From a virus, in IMG/VR virus record IMGVR_UViG_3300029117_000001, positions 3,829-67,828 of that record: a stretch of 64,000 nt of DNA; one strand, 5' to 3'. Below are positions 27,930 through 37,652 of the stretch, piece after piece (positions within the stretch are counted from its first letter, which is position 1; every line of letters begins with the position of its first letter). The notes under the pieces are model-generated. The model made no database searches. It was not told the origin of the DNA and was given only the letters and a program-made list of their open reading frames with translations. Position numbers and translations under genes: made by a program.

Positions 27930-27992
27930 TGCTTTCGGAATGCGTCCCAAAGTGGTACAATGTGGGTATCAAATATTGGGAGGTACGTATGT

Positions 27993-28919
27993 ATGAAGAA
28001 AGTAAAAAGAGTTATTGCTGCTGCAACCGTGATGGCGAGTTTGGTGACTGTGACACCTGTCATGGCGTTTAAGTGGGAAATCGGACAAAAGGAAGAAACT
28101 AAAGAAACAACACAAATAGAACCAGCAACAGAAGAAGAAACAGAAGCGGTATTTTCTGTATGCAAGGATTTGTGGGAAGACTTGGAATTGAAAACTTATA
28201 AAATGAGCCATTCAGAGATATTTGGAGATTCTGATGATTCTGCGGATACAGAAATCCACTACGAAGATGTAATCAAAAAAATATATTCAGAAAAAATTAA
28301 TGATTATCCAGACTTTTCAATGGGAGACAAGGTAAAAATAAATGGATATGTGTTACAGACCATAGAGCTTCCGACAGAACAAGAATGGCAAGCAAATAGT
28401 GTTAATAAGGCTGGCGCATATCGTGTTGAAATTTCAATTGATAATTCTATAACATATACAGGATATGATGAATTTGCAATGTTCGTAAGAAGCAATAACT
28501 CAAATGTATTAAAACTACAGGTGGGAGATTACGTTACTGTTGAGGGAATATTTTTAAAACCAGATTCAATTTCTGCGCAAGATTATATATATGATTGCAC
28601 TATCTCAAAATGCGAAGATACACCACAAGTACCGCTTGGAAAGAAAAATGCGCTGAAAGAAGCTATAGATTATTTAGATATAAATTCGTTTTCTTATAAT
28701 GGAATAATTCAGCAACTGAAATTTTCACAATATACAGATGAAGAAGCTAAATATGCAGCAGACTTTTGTGGAGCAAGTTGGAATAGACAAGCTGAAAAAT
28801 CTGCTAAAAGTTATTTGGATATTACAAGTTTTTCAAGAGATGGGCTGATTCAGCAATTGGAATTTGATGGATTTACTTCTGAACAGGCAGAGTATGGGGT
28901 CACTCAAGTAGGGTATTAA
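27993..28919 (+). CDS. secreted Ltp-repeat protein (superinfection-exclusion lipoprotein Ltp family of S. thermophilus phage TP-J34)
   Basis: Signal peptide MKKVKRVIAAATVMASLVTVTPVMA; two C-terminal repeats (AIDYLDINSFSYNGIIQQLKFSQYTDEEAKYAADF / SYLDITSFSRDGLIQQLEFDGFTSEQAEYGV) match the Ltp repeat signature. No lipobox Cys is present. Confidence 0.6.
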   Translation: MKKVKRVIAAATVMASLVTVTPVMAFKWEIGQKEETKETTQIEPATEEETEAVFSVCKDLWEDLELKTYKMSHSEIFGDSDDSADTEIHYEDVIKKIYSEKINDYPDFSMGDKVKINGYVLQTIELPTEQEWQANSVNKAGAYRVEISIDNSITYTGYDEFAMFVRSNNSNVLKLQVGDYVTVEGIFLKPDSISAQDYIYDCTISKCEDTPQVPLGKKNALKEAIDYLDINSFSYNGIIQQLKFSQYTDEEAKYAADFCGASWNRQAEKSAKSYLDITSFSRDGLIQQLEFDGFTSEQAEYGVTQVGY

Positions 28920-28926
28920 AATGATT

Positions 28927-28958
28927 AGGCTAGGGATTTCTCCCTAGCCTTTATTTTA
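28927..28958. terminator. bidirectional terminator between convergent genes
   Basis: Perfect AGGCTAGGGA/TCCCTAGCCT hairpin followed by TTATTTTAG. Confidence 0.55.
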
Positions 28959-29852
28959 GTTCATCCAATTATATGTGTAAGAATCATTAACATATACTTC
29001 AAATTTATCTGGCGTTATTGTATCGTAATTCCTATCATGAGGGAATCTAAATTCAAGATAAGCAGTTGAACCAGGATTTTCAACGTGAGCAAATTGATAA
29101 TCATATCCAACTATTCTTCCATCTTTGTAAAATACGACTGCAATAGTTGTGTAAGAGTTTCTTTTTCCATTATTAGTTACTTTTACCATAACATTTCCAG
29201 CTCCAAAATTAGCTGAATAGTGTATTCCGGAATTGTTCAAAATAAGGCTTGAAGAAGCCTTTTCAATTTTTAAATTAACTTTGAAAGAATCCCAGGTCTT
29301 GTCAGCGTTCCAACCTTGAAGCGCACATTTTGAATGTGGAGCAAAAGCGTATATACTATCAGAATCTGTTCCAATCATAGAACCATTCAAAAAATAAACA
29401 AACTCAACTCTAACACGTACTGCATAATCATAATGATTTTCAAGAATTGCCACCGCTCCATACGGTGTAGATTCTGCATGATATGTAACAATATTCTTCT
29501 TACCGCTACTGTTAGTGCTAGGATTTCCTCCAAAACCACCATTGCCGTTAGAAACCTTTTTCACGGTAACTTTACAAGTGTATTTCTTTTTGCCGACCTT
29601 TGCAGTAATCGTTGCGGATCCTTTTTTCTTAGCTTTTACTCGTCCTTTAGAAGATACCGTTGCAACAGACTTCTTGCTACTTGTCCATTTTACTTTTCTT
29701 TTTGTTCCAGTCACTTTTAATTGTAATGTTTGCCCGACTTTTAAAGTGGCTTTTTTCTTGTTGATTTTGCCAGCCGCCGATACTGGAACTGCCATACAGA
29801 CAATCAGTAACATTATGGTCAAAACTGCCAGTAACTTTTTGGATTTTTTCAT
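28956..29852 (-). CDS. secreted Big_2 (bacterial Ig-like group 2) domain protein
   Basis: Minus strand; RBS GGGAGGAAAACGC; signal peptide MKKSKKLLAVLTIMLLIVCMAVPVSA; KATLKVGQTLQLKVTGTKRKVKWTSSKKSVATVSSKGRVKAKKKGSATITAKVGKKKYTCKVTV is a Big_2 fold signature. Confidence 0.6.
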   Translation of the reverse strand: MKKSKKLLAVLTIMLLIVCMAVPVSAAGKINKKKATLKVGQTLQLKVTGTKRKVKWTSSKKSVATVSSKGRVKAKKKGSATITAKVGKKKYTCKVTVKKVSNGNGGFGGNPSTNSSGKKNIVTYHAESTPYGAVAILENHYDYAVRVRVEFVYFLNGSMIGTDSDSIYAFAPHSKCALQGWNADKTWDSFKVNLKIEKASSSLILNNSGIHYSANFGAGNVMVKVTNNGKRNSYTTIAVVFYKDGRIVGYDYQFAHVENPGSTAYLEFRFPHDRNYDTITPDKFEVYVNDSYTYNWMN

Positions 29853-29934
29853 ATGCGTTTTCCTCCCTAAATCAGTATGATATACATATTTTACCACTCC
29901 AAAATGAATAGTGGAATAGGAAATTTGAAAAAAA

Positions 29935-29962
29935 TAACGATTCATCAAAATGACGAATCGTC
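29935..29962. other. 11-bp-stem palindrome; terminator-like for minus-strand transcripts
   Basis: ACGATTCATCA-AAA-TGACGAATCGT (one mismatch); on the minus strand it is followed by a T-run. Confidence 0.35.
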
Positions 29963-30053
29963 AGTAAAAAAAACTGTCGTGAATTTCAAGACGGTTAATA
30001 GCTGTTCCACAAATTTATGGAGCTGTTTTTTCACAAAAAAATGAAAAATACTC

Positions 30054-30103
30054 TTGACATTGTACGTACAAACTGATATATTAAAGATGTACAAAATGTA
30101 CAC
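30054..30103 (+). promoter_or_regulatory. promoter with TGTACA-type operator repeats
   Basis: -35 TTGACA, palindrome TGTACGTACA in the spacer, -10 TATATT, then the direct repeats TGTACAAAATGTACA. Confidence 0.5.
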
Positions 30104-30125
30104 ACAATCTGAAAGGAGTGATAAA

Positions 30126-30302
30126 ATGTCTCCCAAAATGGGGCAAAAGTTGAAGGACAATCCTAGAAACGTAAGATTGGAAGTCAGACTTACACAGGAA
30201 GAAAATGCACTATTGGAAGAATGTGCAAAAAGACTTCAAGTCACAAAGACAAAAGTTATCACAAAGGGAATCGAATTAGTAGATAAAGATTCTCGCAACT
30301 GA
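30126..30302 (+). CDS. small ribbon-helix-helix-like regulator
   Basis: RBS AAAGGAGTGATAAAATG; 58 aa; NVRLEVRLTQEENALLEECAKRL fits an RHH (CopG/Arc-like) beta-alpha-alpha fold. Confidence 0.4.
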   Translation: MSPKMGQKLKDNPRNVRLEVRLTQEENALLEECAKRLQVTKTKVITKGIELVDKDSRN

Positions 30303-30426
30303 AAAACAGCCGTAGCACCGACCAAAGCACAAACGACTGTTTAAGCAACCAGAAGTCTCACATCTGGTAATCAATATCTTATCATTTGTGAGACTTCTTT
30401 TCAAGAGAAAAGGAGTATTTTTTTAT

Positions 30427-31188
30427 ATGAACGAAATCACAATTAACACAGCAAACCGGACACCTATCGAAATCGCACTTGGAATTGATGAAGAGGGCAT
30501 GACTACTGCCAGAAAGTTATATGCCTTTTTAGAATTGGATTCTAGCAATTATTCAAGATGGTGCAAGAGCAACATTACAGGAAATGAATTTGCAGAGGAA
30601 AACGTTGATTATTGGGCATTCGTCATTAATGACGAGACGCCGACAGGTGGTGTTATTCAGAGAGAAGATTACAAGCTTTCTGCCAGCTTTGCAAAGAAAC
30701 TTTCTATGCAGTCAAAGAGTGCCAAAGGTGAACAAGCCAGACAATATTTTCTCAAAGTAGAGGACAAATTAAAAGAAACAGTTCGCCACCCAGTACCAAT
30801 GACCATCCCCGAACAGATTCAGCTTCTAGCACAGGGAAACGTAGAACTGAATAAGCGGATTGACGATATTCAGACAGAGTTTGAGACTTTGAAAATGGAT
30901 TTGCCGATTCTCCCGATTGAAGCGGAGAAAATCACGGAAGCCGTAAAGAGAAAAGGAACGCTGGTACTTGGTGGCAAGGAATCCAATGCTTACAATAGCC
31001 GTTCCATTCGCCAGAAGGTTTACAGTAACATTCATTCCAATCTGCGCTACCAGTTCCAGGTCAAAAGCTACAAGGCAATTAAGAGAAGCCAGGTAGAACA
31101 GGCAGTCAAGATTATTGGAGAATACAAACCGCCAGTTTTCTTGAAGAATGAGATTGATACAGAAAATGCACAGCAGAGATTCTTTTAA
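30427..31188 (+). CDS. phage antirepressor (AntA-like N-terminal domain plus ORF6C C-terminal domain)
   Basis: RBS AAAGGAG; domain pattern typical of AntA/AntB antirepressors with a C-terminal ORF6C-type region. Confidence 0.55.
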   Translation: MNEITINTANRTPIEIALGIDEEGMTTARKLYAFLELDSSNYSRWCKSNITGNEFAEENVDYWAFVINDETPTGGVIQREDYKLSASFAKKLSMQSKSAKGEQARQYFLKVEDKLKETVRHPVPMTIPEQIQLLAQGNVELNKRIDDIQTEFETLKMDLPILPIEAEKITEAVKRKGTLVLGGKESNAYNSRSIRQKVYSNIHSNLRYQFQVKSYKAIKRSQVEQAVKIIGEYKPPVFLKNEIDTENAQQRFF

Positions 31189-31224
31189 TTAGATTTTTAC
31201 AGGGATACACAGGAGGAAAATAAA

Positions 31225-31476
31225 ATGACAGAAAATATGGATAGAGAAGACGCAATGTTCGAAGTAGAGGACACTATTGATAAAATCAAGTTTCTTTTGG
31301 ACGATTTCATGGAACAGTATGGATTTAATAGCACAGAAAAAATGGACGAACTGAAAAAATGGCAGTTTGCATATAACAAGCAATTTATGACAATGAAATT
31401 GTTGATTTTATGCGATTATGCCAATAAAGCAAGACAGAAATTTAAGGCTCTTGAATCTATGGAGCAGAAAGCGTGA
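31225..31476 (+). CDS. hypothetical protein
   Basis: RBS ACAGGAGGAAAATAAAATG. Confidence 0.4.
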   Translation: MTENMDREDAMFEVEDTIDKIKFLLDDFMEQYGFNSTEKMDELKKWQFAYNKQFMTMKLLILCDYANKARQKFKALESMEQKA

Positions 31477-31480
31477 TCGT

Positions 31481-31777
31481 ATGGCAAATAGAATCCAGTT
31501 CAATGACTTTCAGAAAAAGAGTGTGTACGCCAAGTGCAACGGAAAATGTGCGATATGCGGTAAGCCTGTCAAATTCAAGAAAATGACAATCGACCACATT
31601 ATGCCGTTGTCTCGTGGCGGCACAAATGATATTAAGAATCTGCAACTGGCGTGTAAGCGTTGCAACAGCATGAAGAGTAACATGACAATGGATGATATGA
31701 TGGGGCAGATTTCCGAGATTTTGAAGTATAACCGCAAACAGAAGTTGATTAGAGTGTTGGGAGGAATTATAGAATGA
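31481..31777 (+). CDS. HNH endonuclease
   Basis: CNGKCAICGKP ... DHIMPLSRGGTNDIKNLQLACKRCNSMK: HNH with a Cys4 site. Confidence 0.65.
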   Translation: MANRIQFNDFQKKSVYAKCNGKCAICGKPVKFKKMTIDHIMPLSRGGTNDIKNLQLACKRCNSMKSNMTMDDMMGQISEILKYNRKQKLIRVLGGIIE

Positions 31778-31786
31778 TACCATAGT

Positions 31787-31811
31787 ATACTGAATGATAC
31801 TTTCAACGTAT
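31787..31811 (+). promoter_or_regulatory. copy C of the 25-nt recurring motif, followed by an extended -10
   Basis: GATACCATAGTATACTGAATGATAC, then TGtTATAAT at about 31817-31825, then a hairpin plus T-run before the Rha gene. Confidence 0.4.
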
Positions 31812-31913
31812 GTTATAATATAAAATCATAATAAGCAAATTTTAAAGCGTTTACCTTTTGGGGTAGGCGCTTTTTTGTTGCCAAAAAATAAATCATAAAG
31901 GAGATATGAATTT

Positions 31914-32573
31914 ATGCTGGTAGAAATCGTTGGAAAAAGATACGAAGAGAAACTTATTACAACAAGTCTGAAAGTTGCAGAGGTTTTTGAGAAAGAACAT
32001 AAGAATGTTCTACAATCAATTGAAAATCTCGTGGCTGATAATTCAGCTGCCAAATTTTTTCAACTTACAACATATAAGAACCGTGGAAAAGAATATCCAA
32101 TGTACGAAATGGATAGAGATGGTTTTTCCTTGCTCGTAATGGGCTTTACTGGTGAAAAAGCCTTACAATGGAAAATTAAGTATATTGAAGCCTTCAACAA
32201 GATGGAAAGCGAGTTAAAACGCTTATATACAGAACGCCAGCAATGGCAAATTGAACGTGACAAGGGTGTTGTTATTCGGCATATCCTCACAGATACAATT
32301 AAGATGAAAATAACAGAAAGCCCAAATAAGAGATTTGCTTATCCAAATTATACAAATCTGATTTATCGCAATTTGTTCGGAAAGACAGCAAAAGAGCTTG
32401 AAAGTGATTATGGAGTAAAAGCAAAAGAGAATCTTAGAGATTTCTTCACAGGTGATGACTTGGCGAAAGTTCAGAGTATGGAAATGCTTGTAAGTAGCCT
32501 TATTAATTGCGGATGGGGATATCAGCAAATTAAAGAATTTATCCGAAGCGAAGCAACAAAAATGATTGCATGA
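31914..32573 (+). CDS. phage regulatory protein Rha
   Basis: N-terminus TTSLKVAEVFEKEHKNVLQSIENL is the Rha family signature; RBS AAAGGAGATATG. Confidence 0.7.
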   Translation: MLVEIVGKRYEEKLITTSLKVAEVFEKEHKNVLQSIENLVADNSAAKFFQLTTYKNRGKEYPMYEMDRDGFSLLVMGFTGEKALQWKIKYIEAFNKMESELKRLYTERQQWQIERDKGVVIRHILTDTIKMKITESPNKRFAYPNYTNLIYRNLFGKTAKELESDYGVKAKENLRDFFTGDDLAKVQSMEMLVSSLINCGWGYQQIKEFIRSEATKMIA

Positions 32574-32583
32574 GGGTTTGCAT

Positions 32584-32949
32584 ATGGCAGAAGTATTTCT
32601 TAAAGTGGATGGGGTAGCATTGCCCTGTCCTTCTTCTTTTACATGGGGATTACAGGATATATCGGCATCAGAATCCGGCAGAACAGACGATACGACCATG
32701 CATAAAAATAGAGTTGGACAGAAACGAAAGCTGTCTGTAGGTTGGAATGGTCCAGACTGGGACACTGCTTGCAAAATTATACAGGCAGTAAATCCAGAGT
32801 ACATACAGGTCACATATCCAGACTTGCTATCTGCAAATAAGCACGAAACCAGAACATTTTATGTTGGTGACAGGGAATCACCATTTAAGTGCTGGTGGGT
32901 TGGAAATGAGCGCATGGAAGGACTTAGTTTTGACTTTATCGAGAGGTAA
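32584..32949 (+). CDS. tail component (distal tail protein-like position; 122 aa)
   Basis: Immediately precedes the large tail-fibre gene with a 3-nt gap; function assigned by synteny only. Confidence 0.35.
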   Translation: MAEVFLKVDGVALPCPSSFTWGLQDISASESGRTDDTTMHKNRVGQKRKLSVGWNGPDWDTACKIIQAVNPEYIQVTYPDLLSANKHETRTFYVGDRESPFKCWWVGNERMEGLSFDFIER

Positions 32950-32952
32950 GAT

Positions 32953-35900
32953 ATGCGAAATTTATCAACGGAATTTAAAGAACAACAGAATAGTGGGAAC
33001 CGTAACTATCTGAAATATGCAGATTTTACCTTTACGGACGGAAGTACATTATCCATTACCGACAAAGACTTATGGTCTAACGGCTTCAAGTTTGAGGATG
33101 CAGTATCACAAAATGGTTCCTTTGATATTGGCGCAGCTATTATAAATAAGCTGACACTGCAGATCAACAACTTTTCTGGCAAGTACACAGATTACATCTG
33201 GGATGGAGCAAGGGTTGTTTGCCATATTGGGCTTGAATTATCTACTGGTATTGAAAAAATCCGTATCTGTACTATGACGGTAACAGATGCTCCATATCAA
33301 AGCACTGCAATTATCAGCCTAACTTGCGAAGATTCAATGCGATTATTTGATCGCGATTATTCAGAAAGTAAACTGACTTATCCGGCAACAAGATTACAAA
33401 TCATCCAGGATGCTTGCGAGGTGTGCGGAGTAACACTTCAATCTACAAGGTTTGATAATGATGATTTTGTGATTCAGAATCGACCAGACGATAGTAGCAT
33501 TACTTTCCGACAGGTAATTGCATGGGTAGCGCAGATGGGCTGCCAGTGGGCGAAATGTGACGAATATGGTCGCTTATGCTTTGGATGGTATGAACGTGAA
33601 GTCCCGGATAATTTTTATGATTTGGTGGAAACTCCATGGAAAGATATTGAAGGGAAAGACATCTTAGATACTACCGGCGCACAGATTATCACTGTTATGC
33701 AAAAGGGTATTACAGCCATAGATACAAATGGATTCACACCATGGCTGTACGATGCTGAAATAACAGGTGTAAAAGTTACAGAATACGTTGAAAATTCTTC
33801 TAAAAATGAAGCAAAAACATATCAGTCGGGGAAATCTGGCTATGTTATCGAAATCAGTGATAATAAGCTAATCCAAGAGGGCTCCGGGGAGAAAATCTGC
33901 CAGATTATCGCAGACAGGTGCGTGGGGCTAAAATTCAGACCATTTACCACAGGAGCATTGACTAATATAGCATGGGAAGCTGGTGACACCATTGCAATTT
34001 CTGATAGAAATGGAAAACAGTACAAGAGCTTCCTAACTTCTGTTACTTTGAATCCAGGCGCATTTGAGCAACTTGAGTGCAGTGCTAAAAGCGTATCTAG
34101 GAATAAGCAAAAGCAGTATACACTAAGCCAACAGGTGCAAGCCGAAAGTAAAAAAAACTTAAAAGATGAACGCACCGCAAGAGAAAAGGCAATTGAAGAA
34201 TTGTCTCAAAGATTGTCTGAATCTTCCGGTACATATACTACTGTGGAAACACAGCCGGACGGAAGCAACATCTATTATCTTCATAATAAGCCGCAGTTAT
34301 CCGATTCTGACATTATATGGAAAATGACTGCGGAAGCGTGGGCTGTGTCTACAGATGGTGGACAACATTGGAATGGTGGTATGACGGTTGATGGTGATGT
34401 AATTGCCAGAATCCTTACTGCCACAGGCGTTAATGCTGACTGGATTAATACAGGAACTATTAAAGCAATTGACAAAGACGGAAATACAACTTTCCTGGTT
34501 GATGTAACAACAGGAAGGGTTGTTATTAATGCAGACTCAGTACAAATCAAGGGAAAAGATGTTAATGCAATTGCAAAGGAAAAAGCAGAAACAGAAGTAA
34601 ATAATTTTATAAGCAATACATACACAACTGATATCAATAATTTACAGTCTCAAATCGACGGACAGATTGAGACTTTTTTTTATGACTATGAGCCAACCTT
34701 ACAGAATATTCCGGCTTCTGGATGGACTACAAATGAAGAACGAAAGAAACACGAGGGCGACTTATTTTACTGGAAATCCAAGGGATATGCGTACCGTTTT
34801 ATGCAAGATGGGGCAACTTGGAAATGGCAATTAGTACAAGATACCGATATCACGTTAGCACTTGCTGCCGCAGAAAAAGCACAGGACACAGCAGATCATA
34901 AGCGTAGAGTATTCGTCGTTCAGCCAGAGCCACCTTATGACATTGGAGACTTATGGACACAAGGCTCTAATGGTGATTTGATGAGATGTAAAGTTGCCAG
35001 AGCAAGCGGTTCTTATTCAGAGGATGATTGGGAAAAAGCTTCAAAGTATACAGACGACTCTACTTTTAATGCTTTCTTGGATGGTGTTTTCAAAGATACA
35101 ATAAACAGTCTTAAAACACAGATTGATGGGAAAATTGAAACCTGGTATCAGCCAAACGACCCTTCTATTAAATGGAAAAAAACAGAGGAATATCCGTGGT
35201 GTGATATTGATGGAAACAAGATTCTGGATGAATCCGGGAATGAAATTGTCTTGGTGTGGGAATCAGAGAAAGTAGAACATGAAGGCGACCTTTGGCACAA
35301 TACCTCTGATAACACACAATGGATTTTTAAATCTGGTATTTGGCAACCACAATCCATACCAAATGAGCTGTTAGACAAGATAGATGGGAAGTCATCTGTC
35401 TATATGGTCCAGCCAAAACCGCCATATTACAAAGGTGACATGTGGGTAACCACGAACAATGAAGGGAAGGCTTCTCTCAAAACATCAACAGTAAATCGGG
35501 TTAGTGGAGCGTTTGATGCTTCTGATTGGATTGATTTCAAGTATGCAGACAAAGACGATATCAAAAATGCAATTGACAATTACGATACCAGTCTTGGGCA
35601 AGACGAAGTATTTAATAAGCTCACAAAAGGCGGCACTGAACAGGGAATCTATATCGAAGATGGAAAAGTATACATCAATGCAAAATATATTCTGGCTGGA
35701 TTGCTTGCCGGTGAGAGAATTAACGGTAGAGGATTAAAAGTCATTGATGATAACAAGGACGTAACCTTAGAAATCGACAGCAAAGGAAATGTCATTCTAG
35801 CTCCAAAAACTTTTTCCTTACAAGGCAAAACAGTAAAGGAAATTGCAGATTCTTCTGCCAGCACCGCAGTTTCTGGACAGACACAAGCCGATATTTTCAA

Positions 35901-37578
35901 CAAACTTACCAATGGCGGCAAGGCACAGGGGATTTACTTGGATGAAAATGGAAATGTCTATGTAAATGGTGAATACGTGCAAGCCAAAGGAATTAGGGTT
36001 GTTGATGGAAATGGAAAAACCACTTTTTCCATTGACAAAACCACTGGTGCAGTAACAATAGCAGCTTCACAGTTTACATTAGGAGATAAAAGCGTTACTG
36101 ATATAGCACAGGAAGAAGTCGTAAAACAAGTCCAAGATATTACATCGGACAATATTATTAAAGGCTATTATCTAACAGAACAAAATGTTAAAGATTATTG
36201 GTCTACACAGAGTGCATATACATATGAGTATGGAGTTCAGGATGTAGATGGCGGTAAAAATGCAATCAAAATAAACGGAACTGGAGCACAATTTGGAACG
36301 AAAAATTATAAGCCAATAAAAGTTACTGGAAATTATACTTTTTCGTTTTGGATAAAAACTAGTGTTGCAACAAAAGTATATGTGTATCTTGGAAGTAAAA
36401 CAATATTAAATGCTAAAACTACAACTGAATGGAAAAGACTGCAAGTAACAACAACTTTATCTAGCTTACCAAATGATAGTTTAAACAGTTTGAGAATCTT
36501 GACATCATCAGTTGGGTCTAGCGTAAAATTTGATACCTATATTTACATGCCAAAGCTTGAATATGCTTACACAAATGAACAAGTGTTCAATATGCTTACA
36601 AACAACGGTGCAATAAAGGGCATGTACATGGAAAATGGAGAATTGTATTTTTCATTCACCTATGCACATGGAGGTACATTGAAACTTGGCGGTTCAAATA
36701 ACGGGAACGGATTACTTTCCATTCTGAATGCAAGTGGCACACAGGTTGGATATATTGACAATACAGGTGTTCATTTTAACCAAGGTGAATTTTCTGGAAA
36801 TTTGAAGTCTAATACTGGTGAAATTGGAAGCTGGATAATTGATAAGACCAACGGTATTCTAAAATCGAAAGATGGAGGAATTATACTGGATGCAAATAAC
36901 AGTAAAATTTATGCCGTTGTACCGACTGGACATACTGGGACTGAGATATCAAAAGAAAAAATTGTTTCTGGAGATGCGAACTTTTCCAGTGCAACCATTG
37001 GGGAAGGAATCATAGGAGAAAATGTTGGTTCTTGGTTTAAAACAGGAAATTCGTTTAATGGCGATAATAGTGCAGAACTAAATATCGAACAATATTTTCA
37101 CGTTACAAGTAGATCATTTGAATTACCGGCATTAGACAAAGTTTCATCTGGCGGTCACTTGGTATTTAAATCAGACGGATTGACAGTGGCTTGTACACTT
37201 TCCTCTTCTAAAAGATACAAAGTTCTTGGAAATAAGATAACAGAGAATGATATAGAGAACCTTTACAATATTAATCCTGTTTGGGCGAAATATAAGAATG
37301 AGTTAATAGCAAAAGATGATGAACGGTACGACACATATATGCCAATGTTCATTGCAGAAGATGTAGAAAAATGGTTTCCAATAGCAACAGACCACAGAAA
37401 CGGGATGGCAGAAGACTGGAACCAAAAAATTATGATTCCATCCATGTTCGCCATGATAAAATTTAATCATGAGAAGATAAAGGAGCTTAAATCTGAAAAT
37501 GAAGAATTGAAATCTGAATTAAAAAGCATTAAAGAAGAGCTTGAGGAAATCAAAAAATTGTTAAACAAATCAATATAA
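32953..37578 (+). CDS. tail fibre / host-specificity protein (1541 aa)
   Basis: The N-terminal ~400 aa resemble siphovirus tail-associated proteins; long beta-rich middle with repeated segments (KLTxGGxxQGIYxxxxGxVYxN occurs twice); C-terminal coiled coil IKELKSENEELKSELKSIKEELEEIKKLL; terminator follows. Confidence 0.7.
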   Translation: MRNLSTEFKEQQNSGNRNYLKYADFTFTDGSTLSITDKDLWSNGFKFEDAVSQNGSFDIGAAIINKLTLQINNFSGKYTDYIWDGARVVCHIGLELSTGIEKIRICTMTVTDAPYQSTAIISLTCEDSMRLFDRDYSESKLTYPATRLQIIQDACEVCGVTLQSTRFDNDDFVIQNRPDDSSITFRQVIAWVAQMGCQWAKCDEYGRLCFGWYEREVPDNFYDLVETPWKDIEGKDILDTTGAQIITVMQKGITAIDTNGFTPWLYDAEITGVKVTEYVENSSKNEAKTYQSGKSGYVIEISDNKLIQEGSGEKICQIIADRCVGLKFRPFTTGALTNIAWEAGDTIAISDRNGKQYKSFLTSVTLNPGAFEQLECSAKSVSRNKQKQYTLSQQVQAESKKNLKDERTAREKAIEELSQRLSESSGTYTTVETQPDGSNIYYLHNKPQLSDSDIIWKMTAEAWAVSTDGGQHWNGGMTVDGDVIARILTATGVNADWINTGTIKAIDKDGNTTFLVDVTTGRVVINADSVQIKGKDVNAIAKEKAETEVNNFISNTYTTDINNLQSQIDGQIETFFYDYEPTLQNIPASGWTTNEERKKHEGDLFYWKSKGYAYRFMQDGATWKWQLVQDTDITLALAAAEKAQDTADHKRRVFVVQPEPPYDIGDLWTQGSNGDLMRCKVARASGSYSEDDWEKASKYTDDSTFNAFLDGVFKDTINSLKTQIDGKIETWYQPNDPSIKWKKTEEYPWCDIDGNKILDESGNEIVLVWESEKVEHEGDLWHNTSDNTQWIFKSGIWQPQSIPNELLDKIDGKSSVYMVQPKPPYYKGDMWVTTNNEGKASLKTSTVNRVSGAFDASDWIDFKYADKDDIKNAIDNYDTSLGQDEVFNKLTKGGTEQGIYIEDGKVYINAKYILAGLLAGERINGRGLKVIDDNKDVTLEIDSKGNVILAPKTFSLQGKTVKEIADSSASTAVSGQTQADIFNKLTNGGKAQGIYLDENGNVYVNGEYVQAKGIRVVDGNGKTTFSIDKTTGAVTIAASQFTLGDKSVTDIAQEEVVKQVQDITSDNIIKGYYLTEQNVKDYWSTQSAYTYEYGVQDVDGGKNAIKINGTGAQFGTKNYKPIKVTGNYTFSFWIKTSVATKVYVYLGSKTILNAKTTTEWKRLQVTTTLSSLPNDSLNSLRILTSSVGSSVKFDTYIYMPKLEYAYTNEQVFNMLTNNGAIKGMYMENGELYFSFTYAHGGTLKLGGSNNGNGLLSILNASGTQVGYIDNTGVHFNQGEFSGNLKSNTGEIGSWIIDKTNGILKSKDGGIILDANNSKIYAVVPTGHTGTEISKEKIVSGDANFSSATIGEGIIGENVGSWFKTGNSFNGDNSAELNIEQYFHVTSRSFELPALDKVSSGGHLVFKSDGLTVACTLSSSKRYKVLGNKITENDIENLYNINPVWAKYKNELIAKDDERYDTYMPMFIAEDVEKWFPIATDHRNGMAEDWNQKIMIPSMFAMIKFNHEKIKELKSENEELKSELKSIKEELEEIKKLLNKSI

Positions 37579-37606
37579 AGAGGGTGAGAAATCATCCTCT
37601 TTTTTA
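37579..37606 (+). terminator. rho-independent terminator
   Basis: AGAGG-12 nt-CCTCT followed by TTTTTT. Confidence 0.55.
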
Positions 37607-37652
37607 TGAATCAAATATTAAAACAAACCTATAATTAAAGGAGGGCAACAAC

